DNA of 64,000 nt from Phycisphaerales bacterium UBA7812 (GCA_002480345.1 DLBY01000030.1:22440-86439); one strand, 5' to 3'. Shown: positions 1-9,622, numbered from the stretch's first letter. The notes: generated from the sequence alone by a model not told the origin. Translations and numbers: made by a program.

Positions 1-2
1 CG

Positions 3-1418
3 CTGCGACCCAGCCGGACGCCGACCGTCGCAACGAATCTCTGGGGTGAGCCCGTTCCGTCGGGCGAGGGTGCTCCACTCCTGGGCTGCCAGCGGGTGAG
101 CACGCACCTCTCCAACGCGTTCGATGACACCCAGTGGACCGCGCAGGCTGGCTTCGCGGAGCAGGAGATCATGGCGGCGTCGTACACGATCAGCGCCGCC
201 GATTTCCCGATCCGAATCGACACGATCCAGGGCCTTTTCGTCACCGCCCAGACGACGGTGACGACGACCACGCGCTACACCGTCTTCGTCTGGGAGGGCA
301 CGCCCCAGAGCGGCACGATCGTTGCACAGTTCTCCAGCGATGATATCATTCTGCCCAACCTGGTCATGCCGCCCGGCAACAACGCGACGCTCCTCGAGGT
401 CAGCGTCGACCCGGGTGATCCGGAACAGATCATCGTCCAGAACAACGGGACCGCGACCTATTCGATCGGCTTCCGCATCGACGAGCACAACAACCAGACG
501 CAGAACCCCTGCTTTGTTGCGCCGCCGTCATCCTCCAACGCGTTCCCCGCAACCGATACCAACGGGCTCAACAACCCGACGAACAACTGGCTGTTCGCGG
601 TCGATTGTGGGCTGTTGGGTTGCCGGGCGGGGTGGAGCCGGTTCAGCCAACTCGGGCTCTGCACCCCCTCGGGCGACTGGGCGCTCTCCGCGACCTACAC
701 GAGCCTCGCGTGCACGCCCGGCGTCGGCGCGTGCTGCCTGCCCGATGGCTCGTGCACGATCGACTCGGAGGGCAACTGCACCGCCAACGGCGGGACCTTC
801 CAGGGCGACGGCACGGTCTGCGAGGATGTCGTCTGCGAGATCCCGCCCCAGGCCTGCTGCTTCGAGTCCACGGGGGGGTGCCTGAATCTCGATCCGACGG
901 ACTGCCTCAACGCGGGCGGCGTGCCCGGCGGTGTCGGCACGACCTGCTCCACCACCGTCTGCTTCCCGGAGGGCGCGTGCTGCCTCCCCGACGGCTCCTG
1001 CGCCGACGGGCTGAGCCCCGAGGAGTGCGCCGCGCTCAACGGCACCTTCGAAGGGGACGGCACAACCTGCGCCTCGGTCGTCTGCCCCGAGCCCACGGGC
1101 TCGTGCTGCTTTCAGACCGGGTTCTGCCTCGAGCTCACCGAGGGTGACTGCGTCAACGCGGGCGGGTCATGGGGCGGCCCGGGGACCGATTGCACCGATG
1201 TCGATGGCGACGGCGAACCCGACGCGTGCCAGGGCGGGGGCTGCACCGACGCGGACCTCGCCGAGCCGTTCGGCGTGCTCGATCTCGCGGATATCACCGT
1301 GTTCATCGGCGCCTTCAACGCTCAGGATCCGATCGCGGACCTCGTCCCCCCGGCGGGCGTCTGGGACCTCGCGGACCTCTCCGCCTTCGTCGCGAGTTTC
1401 ATCGACGGCTGCCCATGA
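3..1418 (+). CDS. Secreted Cys-rich repeat protein ending in a 58-aa Cys-x55-Cys-Pro dockerin-like C-terminal module; probably 5'-truncated by the window edge
   Basis: ORF track gives 96..1418. The same frame has no stop back to nt 3 and keeps G/C-rich third positions. The residues after the GTG at 96 show no signal peptide, so the true start is probably upstream of the window. It contains four 41-42 aa six-Cys modules, then CTDADLAEPFGVLDLADI...FVASFIDGCP-stop. Confidence 0.7.
   Translation: MRPSRTPTVATNLWGEPVPSGEGAPLLGCQRVSTHLSNAFDDTQWTAQAGFAEQEIMAASYTISAADFPIRIDTIQGLFVTAQTTVTTTTRYTVFVWEGTPQSGTIVAQFSSDDIILPNLVMPPGNNATLLEVSVDPGDPEQIIVQNNGTATYSIGFRIDEHNNQTQNPCFVAPPSSSNAFPATDTNGLNNPTNNWLFAVDCGLLGCRAGWSRFSQLGLCTPSGDWALSATYTSLACTPGVGACCLPDGSCTIDSEGNCTANGGTFQGDGTVCEDVVCEIPPQACCFESTGGCLNLDPTDCLNAGGVPGGVGTTCSTTVCFPEGACCLPDGSCADGLSPEECAALNGTFEGDGTTCASVVCPEPTGSCCFQTGFCLELTEGDCVNAGGSWGGPGTDCTDVDGDGEPDACQGGGCTDADLAEPFGVLDLADITVFIGAFNAQDPIADLVPPAGVWDLADLSAFVASFIDGCP
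729..1229 (+). repeat. Four tandem 41-42 aa six-cysteine modules (CC-x5/6-C-x7/8-C-x13-C-x4-C) inside the CDS
   Basis: The modules are ACCLPDGSCTIDSEGNCTANGGTFQGDGTVCEDVVC, ACCFESTGGCLNLDPTDCLNAGGVPGGVGTTCSTTVC, ACCLPDGSCADGLSPEECAALNGTFEGDGTTCASVVC and SCCFQTGFCLELTEGDCVNAGGSWGGPGTDC... They start at aa 212, 253, 294 and 336 of the listed ORF. Confidence 0.85.
1242..1415 (+). repeat. C-terminal Cys-x55-Cys-Pro module, copy 1 (58 aa, two dockerin-like half repeats)
   Basis: CTDADLAEPFGVLDLADITVFIGAFNAQDPIADLVPPAGVWDLADLSAFVASFIDGCP-stop. It aligns position for position with the copies at 39100, 40186 and 59724. Confidence 0.85.
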
Positions 1419-1467
1419 GTTCCGAGCCCGGGAGGCGCGCGGAATCCCGCTGACCTATGCTGCGCGC

Positions 1468-2049
1468 ATGACCGATCCCAACGGCATGCTCGGGGAACTG
1501 CGCGCCGCGCAGCAGGCGCTCGATGACTTCGCGTCCGAGGCGATCGCGGCGAAGCTCGAGCGGATCGCGGATGATCTTGCCTCTTCGCTCCGCGCAGGCG
1601 GCAAGATCCTCGCGTGCGGGAACGGGGGCTCATCCGCCGACGCGATGCATTTCTGCGAGGAGCTCACCGGGAGATACCGGGACGACCGCCCGCCCTACGC
1701 CGCGATCTCCTGCACCGACCCCGGCCATATCACCTGCACCGCGAACGACTACGGCTTCGAGCATGTCTTTTCGCGTTGGATCCGCGGGCTCGGCCGACAG
1801 GGCGACGCGCTGATCGCGCTCTCGACGAGCGGCAACAGCCCCAACATCATCCGCGCAGTCGACTCGGCGAACGACCTGGGTTTGACGACCGTCTGCCTGC
1901 TGGGCAAGGGGGGCGGCGTGCTCCGGGGGCTCGGCACGCACGAGATCCTCGCGCCGGGAGAAACCTCGGACCGGATCCAGGAACTGCACATGCTCGCGCT
2001 CCACGCGCTGGTGCTCGGCATCGAGCGGCGACTCGCCAAACCCGCCTGA
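1468..2049 (+). CDS. gmhA: D-sedoheptulose-7-phosphate isomerase (SIS domain phosphoheptose isomerase)
   Basis: Internal ATG at 1468 of ORF 1144..2049. Motifs: GGKILACGNGGSSADAMHFCEEL, TANDYGFEHVFSR, ALSTSGNSPNII, SDRIQELHMLALH. Confidence 0.85.
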   Translation: MTDPNGMLGELRAAQQALDDFASEAIAAKLERIADDLASSLRAGGKILACGNGGSSADAMHFCEELTGRYRDDRPPYAAISCTDPGHITCTANDYGFEHVFSRWIRGLGRQGDALIALSTSGNSPNIIRAVDSANDLGLTTVCLLGKGGGVLRGLGTHEILAPGETSDRIQELHMLALHALVLGIERRLAKPA

Positions 2050-2065
2050 CGAGCACGAGCAGCGG

Positions 2066-2506
2066 TCACCGTGACCCGATTGCGACGGTAATCTCATCGG
2101 GGAGCAGGAGCGTCAACGGCGCGTAACCCGGATGATCCGGTAGGCTTGGAGCCGCGGCGCCGCGGGGCGCGGCCCGCTCGCAAGGCCCGCCCAAGAGCGG
2201 CGGCTCGGTCCGGCAGCGTGACGGCGTACGCCACACCAGGATCTCGCGCGGGGTCCCAAACGACACCTCGGAAGCTCTTGCCCCGATGAGATTCGGGCAC
2301 CGCCCGTCCACCCGGGGATGCGTCGCGGCGAGCGCGGCGCGGCACGCGTTGTGCCGGTTCCGGGCGTGCATCACCCAATCATCGATCGGATAGGTCGTCG
2401 CGAGATGGTCGAAGAGATCGTCGTTCGGAGAGGGCGTGGGCGCAGCCCAGACAACGCTGACCAGCATCAGCGTCGGCAAACCCGCGATCCTTCCCGCTCG
2501 CTGCAT
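2066..2506 (-). CDS. Hypothetical small secreted protein
   Basis: ATG start, signal-peptide-like N-terminus (MQRAGRIAGLPTLMLVSVVWAAP) and G/C-rich third codon positions. No family recognised. Confidence 0.35.
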   Translation of the reverse strand: MQRAGRIAGLPTLMLVSVVWAAPTPSPNDDLFDHLATTYPIDDWVMHARNRHNACRAALAATHPRVDGRCPNLIGARASEVSFGTPREILVWRTPSRCRTEPPLLGGPCERAAPRGAAAPSLPDHPGYAPLTLLLPDEITVAIGSR

Positions 2507-2784
2507 GATCGATCACATCCTCGTCAGCAGATCCGACATTCGATGCCCGACGACCAGCTGGCCCGTCGTGCCCTCCACGCAACGGACGATAGCCGGTTCT
2601 CTTTCGCAAACCCGCCGAGATCCGCGCGGATCATCCGGCCTCGACCTGTAGCATCTCAGATCGACCGCACCCGTCGGCTCCCCCTATCATCGCATGATCC
2701 GAACGCAGCGCGAACCGAGCGCCGCAGCGGGGCCTCCCGGGCCGCGAGTCGGAGCGAGAAGACCTCACGAAAGGAGCACACGCG

Positions 2785-4074
2785 ATGCCCTACTACACGA
2801 AACTCGGCACGATCCCGAAGAAACGGCATGTGCAATTCCGCCGCCCCGACGGCGCGCTGTATTCCGAGGAGGTCTTCGGGACCGAGGGCTTTGTCGGCCC
2901 GACCAGCACGCTCTACCACATCCATCCCCCGACGCAGGTGTCGGGTTGGCAGACGATGTACTCGACCAAGACCGAGTTCGTCGAGACCGATGTCATGCGG
3001 ATGCGCCACATCAAGACCCAGCCCGTCACCGCGGAGGGCGACGCGGTCACCGGACGCAAGGTCATCCTCGGCAACGCGGATGTCGAGATGAGCGTGTGCC
3101 AGCCCGCCGAGCAGATGGGCTACCACTTCAAGAACGGGCAAGGCGACGAGTGCTGGTTCGTCCACTACGGATCGGGCACGCTCTACACGATGTTCGGCAC
3201 GCTGAAGTTCGGAAAAAAGGACTACATCGTCATCCCCAAGGGCACGATCTACAAGGTCGAGTTTGACGAGTTGAGCGACGAGGACCGCCCCGAGGGTGTG
3301 AGCGCCGAGGACATGCCGCTCGCGAAATTCCTGGTCTTCGAGGTGATGAACACGAGCCACATCGGCCCACCCCCGCGGTATGTCTCCAAGACCACCGCCC
3401 AGTTCCTCGAGCACTCGCCCTACTGCGAGCGTGATCTTCGCACACCCGAGCTGCCCATGACCTTCGACGAGGCGGGCGAGTTCGAGGTCCGCATCAAGGC
3501 CCGCGACTGCGTCCACAGCTACACCTACCCCTACCACCCGCTCGATGTCGTAGGCTGGGACGGCTGCTACTACCCCTACTGCTTCAATGTTGACGACTTC
3601 GCGCCCATCACCGGCAAGCTCCACATGCCGCCCCCGATCCACCAGACCTTCGAGGCGCACAACTTCGTCATCTGCTCGTTCTGCCCCCGCATCCTCGACT
3701 TCCACCCCGACGCGATCCCCGTCCCCTACAACCACTCCAACCTCGATTCCGACGAGGTCCTCTATTATGTCGAGGGCAACTACAAAGCCCGACGCGGAAT
3801 CGAGTCCGGGTCGATCAGCCTGCACCCGCAGGGCATCCCCCACGGCCCTCATCCCGGGACCGTCGAGGCAAGCCTCGGCAAGACCGAGACCAACGAACTC
3901 GCGGTGATGTGCGACACCTTCCGCCCGCTCTATCCGACGAAGTTTGCGCTCGAGATCGACGACCCGGAGTACCCGGAGAGCTGGCGGTCCGACCACCACG
4001 CGCCGGGAGAGAAGCGGGCGGCGCAGATGCAGGACGCGGGCGCCAACGACGCTGTCACGAACACCTGGGACTGA
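2785..4074 (+). CDS. hmgA: Homogentisate 1,2-dioxygenase-like cupin protein
   Basis: 429 aa with GAAAGGAG upstream of the ATG. N-terminus MPYYTKLGTIPKKRHVQFR...EEVFGTEGFVGPTSTLYHIHPPT and C-terminal SLHPQGIPHGPHPG resemble the HmgA family from memory. No search was possible. Confidence 0.65.
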   Translation: MPYYTKLGTIPKKRHVQFRRPDGALYSEEVFGTEGFVGPTSTLYHIHPPTQVSGWQTMYSTKTEFVETDVMRMRHIKTQPVTAEGDAVTGRKVILGNADVEMSVCQPAEQMGYHFKNGQGDECWFVHYGSGTLYTMFGTLKFGKKDYIVIPKGTIYKVEFDELSDEDRPEGVSAEDMPLAKFLVFEVMNTSHIGPPPRYVSKTTAQFLEHSPYCERDLRTPELPMTFDEAGEFEVRIKARDCVHSYTYPYHPLDVVGWDGCYYPYCFNVDDFAPITGKLHMPPPIHQTFEAHNFVICSFCPRILDFHPDAIPVPYNHSNLDSDEVLYYVEGNYKARRGIESGSISLHPQGIPHGPHPGTVEASLGKTETNELAVMCDTFRPLYPTKFALEIDDPEYPESWRSDHHAPGEKRAAQMQDAGANDAVTNTWD

Positions 4075-4202
4075 CCCGCGTTCGGCCATGTCGCGGCGCT
4101 CGGATTCTTCACGCCCGCGCCGCGAAGGATCGCTCAGACCGCTGCGGAAACGCCCCGCGCGCGGTATCGTGCGCGGGTACCCACAAGCCAGGAGGTCCCA
4201 CG

Positions 4203-5453
4203 ATGCGACCGATCGCCACCGCTCTCGCAACTCTCGTCCTCGTCGCCCCGCTCACGCACGCCCAACTCACGCCGGCAGAGGAAGCCGCGGGTTGGCGCAT
4301 GCTCTTCGACGGCGAGACCTGGAACGGATGGCGCTCCTACCGGCAGGAGTCCCCACCCGCGAAGGGGTGGGCGATCGAGGACGGCACGCTGCATGTCCAG
4401 GGGGGCGGGGGCGACATCGTCACGGAGGAGGTGTTCGGGGACTTCGAGCTCAGCCTCGAGTTCAAGGTCAGCCGTCACGCGAACAGCGGGATCATCTACC
4501 GCGTTGACGAGAGCCTTGCCTATCCGTGGATGACGGGCCCCGAGTACCAGGTCCTCGACGACGAACGCCCCGAGGCGGACAACCGCCTGCACTCCGTCGG
4601 CGCGGTCTATGACCTCTACACCCCCGCGGAAGACAAGCCCACCAAGCCCGCGGGCGAATGGAACAAGGCCCGCATTCGCATCTCGGACGGCGTCGTCAAG
4701 CACTTCCTCAACGGCGCGAAAGTCGCCCAGTATGACATGCACTCCGACGAGTGGATGGCGAAAATCGCGGGAAGCAAGTTCCGGGACATGCAGGGCTTCG
4801 GCACCCAGCCCAGGGGGCGCATCGCCCTGCAGGACCACGGAGACGATGTCTGGTACCGCAATATCAAGATCCGTGATCTCAATGCACCGATGCCCAACGA
4901 GAAGGACCTGCTCCGCTCCGACGCCGCGGACAACTGGCTCGCGTGGTTCCCCATCGCGTCCGCCCCCAGGCCCATCTTCAGCACCACCGGCGATCCGGTC
5001 CTCCGGATTCAGGGCGAACCCAAAGGCTACCTCCGCACCACGGACACCTACGACGACTTCGTCCTCCGCCTCTCGTGGCGCTACCCGGAGCAAGCTGGCA
5101 ACTCCGGCGTCCTCCTCCGCACGATCGGGGAGGACAAGGTCTGGCCCAACTGCATCGAGGCCCAGCTCATGAGCGGGAACGCGGGAGACTTCGTGAATCT
5201 CTCAGACGGTTCCATGACCATGCCCCGAGCGGAGGGCCGCTTCGGCCGCAAGAGCCACAACGCGGAGAACCCGCTGGGCGAATGGAACACCTACGAAATC
5301 ATCGCCAAGGGCGGCGAGATCACGCTCTATGTGAACGGGGAAAAGCTGAACCACGCGACCGACTGCCCCACCCGCGCCGGCACCATCGCGCTGCAGTCCG
5401 AGGGGGTCCCGATCGAGTTCAAGGACATCCGCATTGCGCCCCTCGCCGATTGA
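4203..5453 (+). CDS. Secreted protein with two DUF1080 (3-keto-disaccharide hydrolase-like) domains
   Basis: Internal ATG at 4203 gives signal peptide MRPIATALATLVLVAPLTHAQ. There are two copies of the W..F.G....W....W..EDG.L...GGDI.T...F.DF.L..E......NSG pattern (WRMLFDGETWNGWRSY... and the second half ending QSEGVPIEFKDIRI). Confidence 0.8.
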   Translation: MRPIATALATLVLVAPLTHAQLTPAEEAAGWRMLFDGETWNGWRSYRQESPPAKGWAIEDGTLHVQGGGGDIVTEEVFGDFELSLEFKVSRHANSGIIYRVDESLAYPWMTGPEYQVLDDERPEADNRLHSVGAVYDLYTPAEDKPTKPAGEWNKARIRISDGVVKHFLNGAKVAQYDMHSDEWMAKIAGSKFRDMQGFGTQPRGRIALQDHGDDVWYRNIKIRDLNAPMPNEKDLLRSDAADNWLAWFPIASAPRPIFSTTGDPVLRIQGEPKGYLRTTDTYDDFVLRLSWRYPEQAGNSGVLLRTIGEDKVWPNCIEAQLMSGNAGDFVNLSDGSMTMPRAEGRFGRKSHNAENPLGEWNTYEIIAKGGEITLYVNGEKLNHATDCPTRAGTIALQSEGVPIEFKDIRIAPLAD

Positions 5454-5486
5454 GCGAGAAAGCGTCACGCGACCGCCCCGAAGAAA

Positions 5487-5559
5487 AGCCACCTGCCGGA
5501 CTCGAACCGGCGACATTCAGTTTACAAAACTGACGCTCTACCAACTGAGCTAAGGTGGC
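5487..5559 (-). tRNA. tRNA-Thr (anticodon TGT)
   Basis: Minus strand reads GCCACCTTAGCTCAGTTGGTAGAGCGTCAGTTTTGTAAACTGAATGTCGCCGGTTCGAGTCCGGCAGGTGGCT. It folds as a cloverleaf by hand with anticodon loop TTTGTAA. Confidence 0.9.
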
Positions 5560-5619
5560 GATCCGCAGAGTCTACCCGCCCCGAGCGGGATCGGCTCCGC
5601 GGCGAGCCGCTCAAAGCGG

Positions 5620-6474
5620 TCAATCGTCGTGGATCAGCGCCGTTCCAGCGGAACCCGCCTGCGCCGCCTCCCGACGGAGCCCCCCCGGCTCCGCACCGAG
5701 GATGTGGACCGCCCCGACCCCACGCGAGAGGTTTGCGAGCGCCCCCTCGATCTTCGGGATCATCCCGTCGACGATCACCCCGTCCGCGATCGCACCGCGG
5801 GCCTCGGTCGCGGTGAGCGTCGGAATCCGCGTCGACGGGTCGTCCTTGTCCCGGAGCACGCCGGGCACGCCCGTCATGAGGAAGAGGTGGTCAGCGCCGA
5901 GCGCCGCGGCGATCGCGGAGGCGACGGTATCCGCGTTGATGTTGTAGACCGGGCACACGCCGTCGTCGCCCGGCGCCGCGTCGATCCCCAGCGTGTTCAC
6001 AACCGGGGTGTATCCAGCGCCCAGCAGGGTCTCGAGCAGCCCGTGCTCGATTTTCTCGATATCACCGACGAGCCCGAAGTCGATGGGATCGGGGCCGCAC
6101 CCTGCCATCACGACAGGCGGACGACGCCTCGCGGTGACGAGCCCCGCGCTCACCCCGCTCACACCGACGGCGCTCAGCCCCTGCCCCATCGCCGCCGCGA
6201 CGACATCCACATTGCACTCACCCGCGAGGACCCGTTTCATGACATCCAGGGTCGCCGCGTCGGTCAGCCGACGCCCACCCACCTGCGTCCGCCGGAGCCC
6301 GAGCGATTGCGTGAGCGCGTTCGCCTGGGGGTTCCCCCCGTGGCAGAGCACGAAACGCCACCCCGACGCGACCAGGTCCGAGACCTCGCGCAGGACCGCG
6401 ACCAGCCGCGCGGTGTCCGCGACCACCTCGCCCCCGAACTTGAGCACGGCGATTGTCGTCTCGGATTTGCTCAT
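5620..6474 (-). CDS. argB: Acetylglutamate kinase
   Basis: Motifs: VLKFGGEVV, CHGGNPQ, VYNINADTVASAIAAAL, GMIPKIEGAL. The ATG at 6474 overlaps the argC stop (TGATG). An alternative GTG lies at 6483. Confidence 0.9.
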   Translation of the reverse strand: MSKSETTIAVLKFGGEVVADTARLVAVLREVSDLVASGWRFVLCHGGNPQANALTQSLGLRRTQVGGRRLTDAATLDVMKRVLAGECNVDVVAAAMGQGLSAVGVSGVSAGLVTARRRPPVVMAGCGPDPIDFGLVGDIEKIEHGLLETLLGAGYTPVVNTLGIDAAPGDDGVCPVYNINADTVASAIAAALGADHLFLMTGVPGVLRDKDDPSTRIPTLTATEARGAIADGVIVDGMIPKIEGALANLSRGVGAVHILGAEPGGLRREAAQAGSAGTALIHDD

Positions 6475-7565
6475 CAGGGCCACATCGCGGGGGCGTCGAT
6501 CCCCTCGCGCTCCGGGAGTCCCAGCATCAGGTTCATGGACTGGACCGCCTGGCCCGCCCCGCCCTTGACGAGATTATCGAGCGCCGTGTCGATCGCGAGT
6601 TGTCGCCCTCCCAGCCCATCGGGCTCGGAGATCACCCACGAGAGGTCGACCCACATGCTCCCTTTGATCGCGACGACCTCCGCCGTGCGCGAACCGGCGC
6701 CGTGGACGCGGACGAACGCCGAGTCCGAGTAGAACGAACGGAAGACCTCGTCGATCTGCTCGTCGGTAACCGAGTCCTCAAGCCTCACGAACGAAGTCGA
6801 GAGGATCCCCCTCGCGAGCGGCGCGCTGCGGGGCATGAAGTGCAGGGCGTAGTCCGTCTTCACACCGCCCCGCTCCATCGCCTCGCCCAAGATCCGCCGG
6901 ATCTCCGGGGTGTGCTGGTGATTGAGGTGCTTGTAGCTCTTCAGGTTGTTCACACGGATCGGGTGGTGCGTGCCCGCTTTCGCGTACGCGCCGCTCCCCG
7001 ACGATCCGGTCGACGCGACCACCTGCACCGGGCCCTTCAGCAGGCCCGCCTGCGCCAGGGGGACCAGGGCGAGCATGATCGTCGTCGCGAAACAGCCCGG
7101 CGAACTCACCCGGCGAGCCTGCGCAATCTCATCGCGGTACAGCTCCGGGAGCCCAAACTGCCATCGCCCATCGAGATGCTCGGGGTGCGGGTGGTCCTCG
7201 CCGTAATAGGTCTTGTAGTCCTCCACGCTGCGGAGGCGGAAATCGCCCGAGAGGTCGATCACCTTCGCGTCGAGCGGCTCGATCTCCGGCGCCAGCGTCG
7301 ACGAGACCTTGTGCGGGAGGCCCAGGAACACGACATCAACCCCGTCCGCCGCGTCCGCGAGCGGGATCTCCTCGAAGGTCAGCCCCGTGTCGGTCATGCT
7401 CAGGTGGACCGACTCGAGCGGCTGGCCCACCTGATCGATGCTGCTCACGCGGGCCAGCGCGACTGACGGGTGCGCGAGCAGCATGCGGATCAGCTCCGCG
7501 CCGCCGTACCCGGTCCCCCCCACCACCGCGGCCTTGAACTTTGACGGTTGATCAGGTCGTGTCAC
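6474..7565 (-). CDS. argC: N-acetyl-gamma-glutamyl-phosphate reductase
   Basis: Motifs: AAVVGGTGYGGAELIRML, active-site SSPGCFATT, DNLVKGGAGQAVQSMNLMLG. Confidence 0.9.
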   Translation of the reverse strand: MTRPDQPSKFKAAVVGGTGYGGAELIRMLLAHPSVALARVSSIDQVGQPLESVHLSMTDTGLTFEEIPLADAADGVDVVFLGLPHKVSSTLAPEIEPLDAKVIDLSGDFRLRSVEDYKTYYGEDHPHPEHLDGRWQFGLPELYRDEIAQARRVSSPGCFATTIMLALVPLAQAGLLKGPVQVVASTGSSGSGAYAKAGTHHPIRVNNLKSYKHLNHQHTPEIRRILGEAMERGGVKTDYALHFMPRSAPLARGILSTSFVRLEDSVTDEQIDEVFRSFYSDSAFVRVHGAGSRTAEVVAIKGSMWVDLSWVISEPDGLGGRQLAIDTALDNLVKGGAGQAVQSMNLMLGLPEREGIDAPAMWP

Positions 7566-7671
7566 GAAAATCCTCGATTCCCTGCAGCCTCTTGCTTACG
7601 ACCGCGAGCACGGCTTTCTATCAGGAGCCTAGGCGGGCACGCCGCAACCCCGTCTCCCCTGCATCGGTTGA

Positions 7672-8652
7672 TCAGCCCACGATCCTGCGTCGGCGCAGCG
7701 AATCGAGGATCACACGATCCACCGGCACCCCCGTGTCGAGCAGCATGTGGCGCATCCCGCGGGCCTTGCAGGTCTCCGCGATCCCGTCGATATGCCGTCG
7801 CAACCGAGCGCGGTACTGCTCGATCAACGCCGGAGAGATCGTGACCTCGCTCGCCCGTCCGGTCTCGATATCGGTCAGGCGGATGTCCCCCCGGATCCCG
7901 GTATCGATCTCCAACTCCGGGTCAAGCTCGCCCGGCGCGAGGATCTGCATGCAGCTGACATCGAACCCCTCGATCCCCGCGGCGCTCAGATACCGAAGGC
8001 CGGCGTCCACGCCCTCGGGGAAGAGGAAATCGCTGAGCACGACCAGCACACCCGTCCCCGATTTTGTGCGGACCACCCGCCGCATCGCGTCCGCGAACGG
8101 CTCGGGGCGAGCACCACCCTCGAGCGGCTCCGGATCCTCAAGCAGGAACGCCGTTAGGCGGTCGAGTTGCCCGCGCCCGCGCATCGGGGTGAGCCGGCGT
8201 GTCCGCCCGCGCCCGAACCGCTCGATCACGACGCGGTTCTGGTTGACCAGCCCGATGTAGCCCAGCGCCATCGCGAGGCGACGCGCGTAAGCCGCCTTCG
8301 ACGGCGCATCGATCTCCGCATTGCGGAACGCGCCGCCGTGCATGCTGGGGCTGTCGTCCAGGACGAGGTGGACCACGAGGTCCTCGTCCTCGCGGAAGAG
8401 CTTGACAAAGAAGCGGTCGAGCCTCGCAAAGACATTCCAGTCGATGTGCCTGAGGTCATCCCCCGGCGTGTACTCGCGGTAGTCATCGAACTCGACGGAT
8501 TGCCCCCGGCGCTTGGACCGGCGTTCGCCCGGGAGTTTGCCCGCGAACACCTTCCGGCTGAGCACATCGAGCCGGTCGAGGCGAGCCGCCAGCGCGGGAG
8601 GCAGCAGGTCCTCCATCGTCCGCGGGGTGTCGCTCGTCTGGATGATCCGCAT
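7672..8652 (-). CDS. DUF58 domain-containing protein (MoxR-associated VWA-like family)
   Basis: Internal ATG at 8652 (MRIIQTSD...). Motif: GERRSKRRGQSVEFDDYREYTPGDDLRHIDWNVFARLDRFFVKLFREDEDL. Confidence 0.8.
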   Translation of the reverse strand: MRIIQTSDTPRTMEDLLPPALAARLDRLDVLSRKVFAGKLPGERRSKRRGQSVEFDDYREYTPGDDLRHIDWNVFARLDRFFVKLFREDEDLVVHLVLDDSPSMHGGAFRNAEIDAPSKAAYARRLAMALGYIGLVNQNRVVIERFGRGRTRRLTPMRGRGQLDRLTAFLLEDPEPLEGGARPEPFADAMRRVVRTKSGTGVLVVLSDFLFPEGVDAGLRYLSAAGIEGFDVSCMQILAPGELDPELEIDTGIRGDIRLTDIETGRASEVTISPALIEQYRARLRRHIDGIAETCKARGMRHMLLDTGVPVDRVILDSLRRRRIVG

Positions 8653-8752
8653 GGGGGGACTCCGCTGCAGCCGACCGGACCTCCGCAGGGTACGCTGAGT
8701 TGAGCGGGACCCGCGGGACCCGCGGGGATCGAATCGGAAAGGAGCGTCCGTC

Positions 8753-9598
8753 GTGAACCAGACGCGTGTTCTGCCGCTGGCCCTCTTGTTGCTCATGAGT
8801 CTGAGTCCCTGGGCGGACGCACAGCCCGACTCCCCCGCCGCACTGCGACAGACCGTCGTGGAGCTGGAGGGACGCGTCGCGGCGCTGCGCGCCCAACTCG
8901 CGACCATCACCGCGGAGCGAGACCAGTTGCTCGCGGAGATCGCACGCCTCCGGGCAGCGATCATCCCCGGATCCGATCCGGCGGCGCCGAGACAAGAGCA
9001 AGCGAAACCGACCGATGGCGCACGCCCGAGCGTGCCCGTGTCCGCGCTGAGCCAGGACCCGCTCGCCTCCCCGGACGCGCTGTTTGTCGCGTTGCTGCTC
9101 GACTATCGGGAGCGATTCACGACCGACCCGACAGCGCCGAAGCTGCCCGAACCCGACGCGGTACGGGAATGGACCCGCGAGATGCGATCCGCCTACGAGG
9201 GTCCCACGACCTGGCTCGTCGCGATCGAGGCAATCGTCCGGGAGCAGAAGGACCGCGACCGGGCGGGCGGGCTGCGCGCGCTCGCGACCGTCTTGGACAC
9301 AGGGACCGGCACCCCGATCAGCAGGCCCGTGATGATCCCGGTTCCGAAACGGATGGAGGCCCGGTTCCCGGAGTCGGTCACGCCGGGTGAAACCCTTCAC
9401 GCGGAGCTACGCGTCAAGATGAACGCGACCCCCGTATTCCAGGCGTCACGCGAAACCGTGGGGCCTTTCGACTACCCGCCGTACATCGGGCCGTACGCCG
9501 GATTCGCGTACGAACTCGACATCGTCGGATTGCGGTTCTTGGACGATTCGGAGATCGACGCCTTGAAACAGCGACCGCGGGGCCCCGTCCGGCGATGA
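8753..9598 (+). CDS. Hypothetical secreted coiled-coil protein
   Basis: GTG start preceded by AAGGAG. Signal peptide MNQTRVLPLALLLLMSLSPWADA, then a heptad-like stretch LRQTVVELEGRVAALRAQLATITAERDQLLAEIARLRAA. Confidence 0.6.
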   Translation: MNQTRVLPLALLLLMSLSPWADAQPDSPAALRQTVVELEGRVAALRAQLATITAERDQLLAEIARLRAAIIPGSDPAAPRQEQAKPTDGARPSVPVSALSQDPLASPDALFVALLLDYRERFTTDPTAPKLPEPDAVREWTREMRSAYEGPTTWLVAIEAIVREQKDRDRAGGLRALATVLDTGTGTPISRPVMIPVPKRMEARFPESVTPGETLHAELRVKMNATPVFQASRETVGPFDYPPYIGPYAGFAYELDIVGLRFLDDSEIDALKQRPRGPVRR

Positions 9599-9622
9599 CC
9601 GATCAGAACGGTCTCCGATGGA

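Noticed and set aside
2656-4230. Long antisense or alternative-frame ORFs throughout the window: 2656-4230(-), 20893-22902(-), 31696-33879(+), 41006-42682(+), 43715-45064(+), 54632-56389(-), 60438-62384(+), 62719-63810(+) and many 60-300 aa ORFs.
   Set aside because: Each overlaps a motif-supported gene on the opposite strand or in another frame, and each translates to Arg/Gly/Pro/Ala-rich sequence with no recognisable domain. They were treated as high-GC artefacts.
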